From assembly GCA_001766815.1 (NCBI GenBank), contig LYOS01000001.1:240001-272000 (forward strand): a stretch of 32,000 bases of DNA, in the 5' to 3' direction. How positions within the stretch are numbered: position 1 is the first letter of the stretch; each line of letters begins with the position of its first letter. Below, in pieces: positions 25,223 through 32,000 of the stretch. A model generated the notes under the pieces. That model searched no databases, was not told where the DNA came from, and was given only the letters and a program-made list of their open reading frames with translations. A program made the position numbers and the translations under genes. Source of the stretch: Candidatus Syntropharchaeum caldarium. Its GTDB lineage: Archaea > Halobacteriota > Syntropharchaeia > Syntropharchaeales > Syntropharchaeaceae.

Positions 25223-25732
25223 TTACTCATTCTCAAACTGATAGATACCTTTGTATGCTTCATCTTCCCTGACCTCATCCTGAAGTTTCAGGAAGACCAT
25301 TTGCAGGATGCGTGCATCTCTTTTAAGCCTTAAACCAGCGGGATTCATCACAAGTAAAAGCGCTTCACTCCTCCCCCTGTATCCAGCATCCCATACTGCG
25401 GTCTCGATTGTAGCTCCACACCGAAGCAGGCTCGATCTTGGGAATGCAATTGCCATGTAATCGAGCGGAATCGTCACAATCTCGTTAAAGATTACTTTAT
25501 ATGCACCTGATTCGAGCATGATCCAGTCATCCTCATCAAAGAAAAGTCTCACGCTCTTCGAGATCCTGCGATCACTGTTATCAAAGTCAACAGACCCGCT
25601 GTCCACGATCTTCTCAACTGCCATCAGCGTGAGATCGACTCCGTTTGGCTGGATCTGAAGCTCTGGATCGATCATATTCTCAACAAGTTTCAGCATATTT
25701 GGTCCTGACAAAACTTTTACACCTTCTGCCAT
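25223..25732 (-). CDS. dut: archaeal dUTP diphosphatase (MJ1102-type, dCTP deaminase superfamily)
   Basis: AFPRSSLLRCGAT, VWDAGYRGRSE, ARILQMVF and YKGIYQ are collinear with M. jannaschii dUTPase by memory. Confidence 0.8.
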   Translation of the reverse strand: MAEGVKVLSGPNMLKLVENMIDPELQIQPNGVDLTLMAVEKIVDSGSVDFDNSDRRISKSVRLFFDEDDWIMLESGAYKVIFNEIVTIPLDYMAIAFPRSSLLRCGATIETAVWDAGYRGRSEALLLVMNPAGLRLKRDARILQMVFLKLQDEVREDEAYKGIYQFENE

Positions 25733-25766
25733 GGCAGTAGTCCCATTTACATCTTAAAAAAGTTAC

Positions 25767-26450
25767 TCACGACGCCTCAATCGCATACTCAAACGTCATG
25801 AGTGAGATTGTGAGAAAGAGAATTATGTAGATTGTAATCAGTCCACACTCATTCAGGACATCCTGAAGTACTCCACCATTCAATATAGTTTTGAGGGCTT
25901 TTATTGATGCCGCAAGAAGTGGAAATATGATCGGAAGGAGTATTACGGGTAAGAGAAGTTCTCTTGCTCTCGCACTCAGGACCAGGGCCGAGATAGCTGT
26001 GCTAACCACCGCAAACCCGGCGACACCGAGCATCAGGACAAAGAAACCTGTTATGAAACTCCCCTCAAGTGGATAGTCGAGCATCACAAGAAAGAGTGGG
26101 TAGAGGATTATCACAACAAGAAGGAGCAGTATAAAGTTGTACGCGATCTTTCCAAGCAGAATTGATTCAGCACTTATCGGGGCAAGCCTGAGGCCATCAA
26201 GTGTGCCTCGCTGTTCTTCTGATGTGAATGCACGAAATACTCCGATCATCCCTACAAATATGAGGATCATCCAGAGAAATGTTGCACCTATCTCTCTTAT
26301 GATCGGAGCGGATGTGCCTGTGCCAAAGCTCAGAAGCATCAATGTAAGAAGCGCGAAGAGAAGCATCGAGTTGAGTGTTTCCCGACTTTTGAACTCAAGA
26401 AGTAGATCCTTCTTTGCAATCGTCAATATATCTGTGAAACTCACGCACAC
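25767..26450 (-). CDS. ccmB: CcmB-like heme-exporter/ABC-2 permease
   Basis: 227 aa, 6 TM. F..E...GTLDGLRL.P and LLLPVILLPIIFPLL resemble the E. coli CcmB pattern. GTG start overlapping the upstream ATPase by 10 nt. Confidence 0.55.
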   Translation of the reverse strand: MCVSFTDILTIAKKDLLLEFKSRETLNSMLLFALLTLMLLSFGTGTSAPIIREIGATFLWMILIFVGMIGVFRAFTSEEQRGTLDGLRLAPISAESILLGKIAYNFILLLLVVIILYPLFLVMLDYPLEGSFITGFFVLMLGVAGFAVVSTAISALVLSARARELLLPVILLPIIFPLLAASIKALKTILNGGVLQDVLNECGLITIYIILFLTISLMTFEYAIEAS

Positions 26451-27151
26451 ACCTCGGCAAGCTGAAGTACAAACGTCTCAAGATCGCCCTCGATGGTATC
26501 GATATTACCGCTGAAGAGGAGCTTTCCAGACATAATAACTCCGATAGAGTCTGCAATAAGCTTGGCTTCATTTATATCGTGGGTTGTGATGACAATGGTT
26601 CGTCCTTCGGATTTAAATTGCTCAATCATCGTGTAAAAATCTTTTTTACCAGCAATATCAAGTCCTGATGTTGGTTCATCCAGAATCAGGATCGGAGGAT
26701 CGTGGAGAAGTGCTCTTGCGATGGATAACCGCTGTTTCATTCCCCTTGAGAATGTCCTTACTTCATCGGACCGTCGTGGAAACAATTTAACCATTTTAAG
26801 CACTTCTTCAACTCTTTTACCACCATTGTCCAGATGATAGAGATTTTTGAAGAAGATAAGGTTCTCTTCTGCGCTTAGATCATCATAGAGAAATGTCTGG
26901 TGAGATATAAGTCCGAGCCTTTCCCTCACCTTCTCTTTCTCATCGAGCACCCGATACCCATCGACGATGACCTCCCCTGAGGTGGGGCGCATGATCGTTG
27001 ATATGATCTTAACCAGTGTTGTCTTGCCCGCTCCATTTGGTCCAAGAAGCGCAAATGAGTCACCACTCGCGATCTCAAGATCAAGTGCGTCGAGTGCCCT
27101 GATGTTGCCAAATATCTTGGATAACTTTGTTATCGATATTGCAGATTCCAT
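26441..27151 (-). CDS. ccmA: ABC transporter ATP-binding protein (CcmA-like)
   Basis: Walker A GPNGAGKTT, signature FSRGMKQRLSIA, Walker B ILILDEPTSGLD, H-loop TTHD. The CcmA assignment rests on the partner gene. Confidence 0.6.
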   Translation of the reverse strand: MESAISITKLSKIFGNIRALDALDLEIASGDSFALLGPNGAGKTTLVKIISTIMRPTSGEVIVDGYRVLDEKEKVRERLGLISHQTFLYDDLSAEENLIFFKNLYHLDNGGKRVEEVLKMVKLFPRRSDEVRTFSRGMKQRLSIARALLHDPPILILDEPTSGLDIAGKKDFYTMIEQFKSEGRTIVITTHDINEAKLIADSIGVIMSGKLLFSGNIDTIEGDLETFVLQLAEVCA

Positions 27152-27384
27152 CGGTAATAACTTTAAGTGGAAAGCTTAATATACTATTTGATGTGATTAA
27201 GTATACACTGGTTTGTATGAGATACTATTAAAAAAATGATAAAGAATATTTAAAACCCTAAAAGTTTAATATGATCCAAAAAAGTATAATATTACATTCA
27301 AAAGAAAAATATATATAATAGATCGGGAGTAGATAGTAATGATAGAATGGCTGACGCCCGCGAGAAGTGATGTGGAGGTAAAAA

Positions 27385-27621
27385 ATGAAAGAGGACATAA
27401 AAGCCATCTTAAAATTATGGGGTATTATCTACCCATTTGCGATGGCAGTGATTCTCTATATAACCTTCCTGATGATCTTCTTTGCCGAAGAAAAGGCGGC
27501 AGTCATTACGGTGAACGAATATGGAGAAGGTGTAGCAGAATTCCTTACAATACCCATTGCACTGGTTTTTGCCGGTCTTGGGCAAATACTCCTAATAAAG
27601 GAAGCGTACCCACGCAAATAG
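27385..27621 (+). CDS. small 2-TM membrane protein
   Basis: 78 aa. GGAGGT RBS 6 nt upstream of the ATG. Two hydrophobic helices. Preferred over the overlapping alternative-frame ORF 27339-27662. Confidence 0.5.
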   Translation: MKEDIKAILKLWGIIYPFAMAVILYITFLMIFFAEEKAAVITVNEYGEGVAEFLTIPIALVFAGLGQILLIKEAYPRK

Positions 27622-27789
27622 CCATACAGGAGCCTCCTACCTCTATACCACCTCTATATTAATAGGTTAATAAAGGGTTGCATATTCGTCAGCGTTCAAA
27701 TCAAATCTGCGTTTGTATTTAACCCTTAAATCTGTATGGCATGGCGAAATGGGTGCGTTTCTCTACTTTAACTAAAAAAGACACGAATT

Positions 27790-28323
27790 TCAGTACTCGA
27801 TTCCCCTTCTGCTTTTTACATTACTGAGATATGGGTGCTTGATCAGTCTCATCTCGGTTACATAATCCGCAAGATCGATGATCTCATCCGCTGCATACCT
27901 CCCGGTTAGTACAAGCTCAAGTTCTTCTGGTTTATTTTTGATCATCTCGATCACTCTATCAATATCGATGAGCCTGTAATGGATTGCTATATTGATCTCA
28001 TCAAGGATGACGAGGTTGTATTTCCTGCTGTTTACGACCTCCTCTGCATAGCGAAGCGCCTGGTTTGCAACCATCTTATCCACGTTTGCATCGTGTGTAC
28101 CTACAAATCCAACTCCAAACTGTGTGATCGTGAGATTATGGTGCCTCTCGGCTGATTTGAGCTCACCATAGTATGTATCCATCTTCATGCTTTTTATGAA
28201 TTGAATAATGTGCACCTTGAATTCGTGCCCGATCGCCCTGAAGGCAAGACCCAGTGCAGCGGTTGTTTTCCCTTTCCCATTGCCTGTATAGACGTGCACA
28301 TAACCTTTGTTTAGACTCTTCAC
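27790..28323 (-). CDS. cobO: cob(I)yrinic acid a,c-diamide adenosyltransferase (CobA/CobO/BtuR)
   Basis: GYVHVYTGNGKGKTTAALGLA P-loop, DE...A and TGR.A motifs. 177 aa. Confidence 0.85.
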   Translation of the reverse strand: MKSLNKGYVHVYTGNGKGKTTAALGLAFRAIGHEFKVHIIQFIKSMKMDTYYGELKSAERHHNLTITQFGVGFVGTHDANVDKMVANQALRYAEEVVNSRKYNLVILDEINIAIHYRLIDIDRVIEMIKNKPEELELVLTGRYAADEIIDLADYVTEMRLIKHPYLSNVKSRRGIEY

Positions 28324-28397
28324 TACCAGCCATCCGCTATAAATTTTAATTTAGTAAAATGAAGTTGTAAACTATGAGATAAATAGTTTTCGATTGC

Positions 28398-28787
28398 TCA
28401 GACTTCTGATTCAATTCTCAGGGGATTTAAAACCTTCAGTTCGAGCTCACGCGCTCGCTCTTCGATGATAAGGCGTTTCTTTTTCCCAATCGTGGATGCA
28501 ATCCTGATCGCGCATTCCGATGGATCGAGCTTTGCGAGATCTACTTTTGGTGATGTAACAAGAATCTCCTTATAACCCGATGCATGCAGTCCCCTTACCG
28601 CACAGGGCGATCCAAAACCTGATTTTACATACCTTCCTTTGGCACGTATATGCTTTCGCATCTTATTGTGAAGTCCTCTCGGTCGGCGCCATTTATCATC
28701 GAGTTTCTTTTTTTTGTGCAGGTCGTGCCGCTTGAAATCTCTTCGCTCCCTGGATCTCACTTTAAGAAGTCTCGTTTTCTCGATCAT
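28398..28787 (-). CDS. rpl32e: 50S ribosomal protein L32e
   Basis: KWRRPRGLHNKMR, GFGSP..VRGLH.SG. The start overlaps the L6 stop by 4 nt. Confidence 0.9.
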   Translation of the reverse strand: MIEKTRLLKVRSRERRDFKRHDLHKKKKLDDKWRRPRGLHNKMRKHIRAKGRYVKSGFGSPCAVRGLHASGYKEILVTSPKVDLAKLDPSECAIRIASTIGKKKRLIIEERARELELKVLNPLRIESEV

Positions 28788-29320
28788 GCTGCTTCACCTT
28801 TTGCTTTTGAGACGATATAAACTCCATCCTGAAACACACGCTGATCTCGCCGTTTTATTCGCGTAGCCTGCTCAATATTTGCTGCGGTTTGTCCAACAGC
28901 CTCCTTGTTGGCGCCTGTTATGATGAGATCTGTGCCACTGATCTTGACAGTAACACCCTCCATGATCTTTGCTTTTCTGGGCGACCGCTCTCCCAGGAAG
29001 TTCTCGATCAGGAGGTGATCCTTCTCAACCTTTAGCTGGATCGGGAAGTGTGAATATACAACCTTCATCCGATACTCAAATCCGTTTGTGACACCTTCAA
29101 TCATATTCTGAATATGTGATGCAAACGTTTTTGCAAGTGCCTGGATATTCCGTTGATTTTTTTTAGTTGCGACCTCAATAATGTTATCATGCTGCGTGAT
29201 CGTTATCGCAGGGTGCCACAACTCGCGGGTAATTTCTGTGTTACCTCTGGCAACTTTTACGCTGCCTCTGTCAATTTCGATCTTAACGTCATCTGGTATC
29301 TCTATTTCTTTAGTATACAT
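28784..29320 (-). CDS. rpl6: 50S ribosomal protein L6
   Basis: [23 protein letters not shown]..., C-terminal [14 protein letters not shown]. The internal Met at 29320 is preferred to the longer 29341 start. Confidence 0.88.
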   Translation of the reverse strand: MYTKEIEIPDDVKIEIDRGSVKVARGNTEITRELWHPAITITQHDNIIEVATKKNQRNIQALAKTFASHIQNMIEGVTNGFEYRMKVVYSHFPIQLKVEKDHLLIENFLGERSPRKAKIMEGVTVKISGTDLIITGANKEAVGQTAANIEQATRIKRRDQRVFQDGVYIVSKAKGEAA

Positions 29321-29708
29321 ACGCCAACAGGCTCCCACCAATCTCTCTCTCTTTCGATTTTATATGTGACATCACACCCTCTGGAGTTGTGACAATGAGG
29401 AGTCCAACATCTCTTGCAGGGAGAAATCGCTTCTCATATTGCTCAAAATTCATCTTTTTAACCGAAGTTCGTGGTTTGATAACACCGCACCTGTTGATCT
29501 TTCCTCGCAATCCCACAACAAAGATCCCGCTCTTGCCATCATCCACAAACTCAAAGTCCTTCACGTACCCTGCTTCCTCCATTACTTTGAGGACCGCACC
29601 TATGAGCTTTGAGGCTGGTTTAATAACACACGAGGACTTTCCTGTGTTCTCTGCATTTTTAATACATGACATCGCATTTGCCAGTGGATCTAAGAGCATT
29701 CCAATCAC
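29310..29708 (-). CDS. rps8: 30S ribosomal protein S8
   Basis: [31 protein letters not shown]. Confidence 0.9.
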   Translation of the reverse strand: MIGMLLDPLANAMSCIKNAENTGKSSCVIKPASKLIGAVLKVMEEAGYVKDFEFVDDGKSGIFVVGLRGKINRCGVIKPRTSVKKMNFEQYEKRFLPARDVGLLIVTTPEGVMSHIKSKEREIGGSLLAYVY

Positions 29709-29716
29709 CTTTGTTA

Positions 29717-29860
29717 TTAATTATACTTCTCGAATCCCATCTTCTTTGCTATCTCTCTGAAGCACTGTCTGCAGAGATAGATATCGTACTTGCGAACCAG
29801 CCCCTGCTTACGTCCGCAACGCCTGCATTCGTTAGCACCTCGTCCAAACTTCGTTCTCAA
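29717..29860 (-). CDS. rps14: 30S ribosomal protein S14 type Z (not in the ORF track, 47 aa, TTG start)
   Basis: Hand translation of the minus strand gives (M)[46 protein letters not shown], with a CxxC...CxxC zinc ribbon. TGA lies immediately upstream in frame, so TTG 29860 is the only available start. GGTGAT RBS. Confidence 0.85.
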   Translation of the reverse strand: MRTKFGRGANECRRCGRKQGLVRKYDIYLCRQCFREIAKKMGFEKYN

Positions 29861-29886
29861 TCAATCACCCGATTATCTTAGGATAG

Positions 29887-30522
29887 CTAATATCTAATCT
29901 TCTTTAAAAGTTTAACTGAGAAAGAGAGTAGATGTCCAATGGCACATGATCTCTTTCCAGAAGCCCTGGTCTCGGATCGCGTGATTGCACGCCTCAGATC
30001 ATCGCCCTCAAAAGATGTCCATGCGCACCCAATCTCAAAACCTGCGTGTGCATCACTCCCGCCAACAGTGGCAATTTCTTCCCGTCGTCCAAATGCTGCC
30101 GCCTCTCTGTTGAATCTATCAAGAACACACCTTGCATTTATCGCCTCGATCGCGTCAATTCTGTCTCTGAATCGAGAAGGATCAATTCCCTTTCTGAACC
30201 GATCGAATGGATGAGGCACAATTACTATTCCACCCTGATCTTTTATCGCGTCAATCACCTCTTCGGTGCGATTTGATCCATCGATCTCTTCTGTTAAAAA
30301 TAACCCGATAACCTCTCCATGATCTGTTGCAAACTCACATCCACAGATTATCTCAAGATCAGGGACCTTAAGGCGTTCTGCAAGCGTTCCACCTCTTATT
30401 GTGTTGTGATCTGTTATTGCAATGCCATCAAGCCCCTGCCTCAATGCAATCTCGATAATCTCTTCAATCTCAAGCCTGCCATCTGGTGAATACTTCGAGT
30501 GGATGTGAAGATCGTATCTCAT
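29887..30522 (-). CDS. PHP-domain metal-dependent phosphoesterase (COG0613/TrpH-like)
   Basis: MRYDLHIHSKYSPDG, ITDHNT, PHPF and GGSDAH motifs. Confidence 0.8.
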   Translation of the reverse strand: MRYDLHIHSKYSPDGRLEIEEIIEIALRQGLDGIAITDHNTIRGGTLAERLKVPDLEIICGCEFATDHGEVIGLFLTEEIDGSNRTEEVIDAIKDQGGIVIVPHPFDRFRKGIDPSRFRDRIDAIEAINARCVLDRFNREAAAFGRREEIATVGGSDAHAGFEIGCAWTSFEGDDLRRAITRSETRASGKRSCAIGHLLSFSVKLLKKIRY

Positions 30523-31610
30523 AGGCGTATCTGATCAGATGGAAAGTTAGTAAGGTTCTCAGATCCGTTTGCTCGCACAAGAATCATATCCTCGATCCTG
30601 ACACCACCCACAGACGGAATGTAAAGTCCTGGTTCAATCGTTATGACATTTCCGGCCTGGAGTGTATATTCGTTTTCACCGATAACGGGATCTTCATGGA
30701 GCGACAACCCAACACCATGACCTGTCAAATGTATAAAACCCGATCTTGACTTTTTCCGGAGTGTTCCATACCCCCTTGCTTCAAACGTGTCATTGACAGT
30801 ACTGTGTATCTCTGAAGCGTCAACACCTGCCTTTACCATTCCAATTGCACGCTTTTTTGCATCAAGCACCGTCTCATACATCTCGAGCACCTCTTTTGCA
30901 GGCTCACCCACGAGAACTGTTCTTGTCATATCTGCGTGGTAACGAGTGCGCATATCACGTGGAAATATATCGATAACGATCGGTTCATTCAACAATAGCT
31001 TGCCTGAGCCTGTTGAGTGGGGGTCTGCTGCATCTCTCCCGCATGCCACGATCGGTTCCTCTGACTCACAACCCTCATCTATCAGAATATGCAGGATCTT
31101 CTTTTTCACCATCTCTGAGGTCAGAAGACCATCTCGCATCTTTGATGAGCCGATGAGTTCAATTGCAGCCTTCATGGCGATCGTTGTTGCCTGCTGTACG
31201 CTTTTTATCGATTCAATCTCATCCTCGCGCTTTACCGCCCTCTGTTCTTTCATCAGATCTGAAATAATAAGTTTTATCCCGGCATCGCGTAGTTTGTCGC
31301 CAAGATAGATCGAAAAGTTCTTTTCCACGAAAACATCACTGAGACCCTTTTCTTCAAGGAGTTTCACGATCACAGACCCGATATCATGATGCTTTACGTC
31401 AGCGTAGTCTGAGATTGAGCGTACATCTTTGATGCGTGACTCTTTCTCTGCTCGACCAAATTCAAGGGTGGAGACGATAATTATTTCTTCATCCTTCCCA
31501 TCGCCAAGATAGATAAATGGGTCTGCTGCGAGAAAGTGTGTGAGGTAATACATATTCTGGTTGTGGATGCTATCTCCAAACAGGAGCATCCATTTTCTTT
31601 CTTTGCTCAT
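30519..31610 (-). CDS. M24 family Xaa-Pro peptidase (PepP/PepQ-like)
   Basis: Creatinase-like N-domain followed by a pita-bread fold: VIDIF, HADMTRT, GHGVGL..HE, EPG.Y and GVRIED. Confidence 0.85.
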   Translation of the reverse strand: MSKERKWMLLFGDSIHNQNMYYLTHFLAADPFIYLGDGKDEEIIIVSTLEFGRAEKESRIKDVRSISDYADVKHHDIGSVIVKLLEEKGLSDVFVEKNFSIYLGDKLRDAGIKLIISDLMKEQRAVKREDEIESIKSVQQATTIAMKAAIELIGSSKMRDGLLTSEMVKKKILHILIDEGCESEEPIVACGRDAADPHSTGSGKLLLNEPIVIDIFPRDMRTRYHADMTRTVLVGEPAKEVLEMYETVLDAKKRAIGMVKAGVDASEIHSTVNDTFEARGYGTLRKKSRSGFIHLTGHGVGLSLHEDPVIGENEYTLQAGNVITIEPGLYIPSVGGVRIEDMILVRANGSENLTNFPSDQIRL

Positions 31611-32000
31611 ATGTGATCCAGCCTGACTCTTTTTAGTTCGTAGTTTAAAAGATCGATCTTTATCGCATCCGGGGCAAAAAGTGGATGCCCTATCCCTGTT
31701 AAAAGTTTGACCGCTTCAAACGACTGGATCGATCGCATCATAGAGGTCAAAGAAGGGTTTAGAATGATCGGATCCGGTATATCCACCTCCTCAAAGCGCA
31801 TGCCATCTGGCAGGAATGTGGTAATAAGTCCTGCGGTTATAAATGGAATGCCGAGCTCCCGTGTTGCAATTGCGGCACGTCTCTGATTGCAGAATCCGAT
31901 CACAAGATCTACGCCACGCAGTTCATGCTTGAACTCATCAACGGTATCTGGCATCTTTCTCACCTTTATGCATATCTTCTCAGTGAGTGGTTTGTACGTG
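31607..32000 (-). CDS. ThiF/MoeB/HesA-family E1-like protein, C-terminal part (5' end lies outside the window)
   Basis: The frame is open to the window edge. VDLVI....N...R......ELGIPFI and MRSIQSFEAVKLLTG resemble the ThiF family. A 4-nt overlap couples it to the downstream peptidase. Confidence 0.6.
   Translation of the reverse strand, partial: TYKPLTEKICIKVRKMPDTVDEFKHELRGVDLVIGFCNQRRAAIATRELGIPFITAGLITTFLPDGMRFEEVDIPDPIILNPSLTSMMRSIQSFEAVKLLTGIGHPLFAPDAIKIDLLNYELKRVRLDHI

Noticed and set aside
27339-27662. 107-aa plus-strand ORF overlapping the 78-aa ORF in another frame.
   Set aside because: The 78-aa frame has a strong GGAGGT RBS and two clean TM helices. The 107-aa frame is Arg/Cys/Pro-rich with no start context.
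27673-27727. A possible hairpin or terminator (AAGGGTT ... AACCCTT) in the spacer between the small membrane gene and cobO.
   Set aside because: It has only a 7-bp stem with a 41-nt loop that is largely unpaired. That is too weak to call a structured element.
29321-29341. The extended L6 start (MVGACWRM...).
   Set aside because: Archaeal L6 proteins begin close to M..KEI.IP. The extension would deepen the overlap with the S8 gene to 32 nt.
29887-30522. Whether the 211-aa protein next to the ribosomal genes is RNase P subunit Rpp30.
   Set aside because: It has the canonical PHP His motifs (HIHS, DHN, GGSDAH), which RNase P p30 proteins lack.
1-32000. A search for CRISPR arrays, tRNA or rRNA genes, C/D-box sRNAs and IS elements in all intergenic gaps.
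   Set aside because: I saw no regularly spaced repeats, no cloverleaf-compatible segments, no RUGAUGA...CUGA pairs and no transposase-like ORFs by eye. A tRNAscan, Infernal or CRISPR-finder run would be needed to exclude them formally.

Overview
Archaeal chromosomal segment, gene-dense at roughly 90% coding. The lineage call rests on four things: O-phosphoseryl-tRNA synthetase (SepRS), archaeal ribosomal proteins (L32e, S14 type Z, S8, L6), class III (type IV pilin-like) signal peptides, and a CcmA/CcmB-like pair. Together these point to a methanogen, ANME or Archaeoglobus-type euryarchaeon, possibly Methanosarcinales-like. That lineage is an inference, not a database result. Most of the window is housekeeping: a two-component pair, MTA phosphorylase, an aminotransferase, sepS, a class I aldolase, a Pat-like acetyl-CoA synthetase/GNAT fusion, a type IIIA P-type H+-ATPase, a Lon-like peptidase, ilvC, an HD hydrolase, trpS, dut, cobO, an M24 peptidase, and PHP and ThiF-like proteins. 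The unusual part is an accessory patch from about 17.7 to 24.4 kb. First, the last 111 bp of trpS are duplicated as a direct repeat around an AT-rich single-gene insertion, which looks like an att-type scar. Second, this is followed by a tight five-gene operon of heavily sequon-decorated pilin-like proteins with no assembly ATPase, platform protein or prepilin peptidase nearby. Third comes a 359-bp AT-rich repeat-bearing spacer, then orphan membrane genes and a KaiC-like ATPase with a charged partner. Other oddities are a 4-gene fragment of the spc ribosomal operon sitting among unrelated genes, a 36-codon PfkB-kinase N-terminal remnant upstream of the aldolase, and a TrpRS with a ~65-aa insertion and a C-terminal four-Cys motif. 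I found no rRNA, tRNA, CRISPR array, transposase or integrase.
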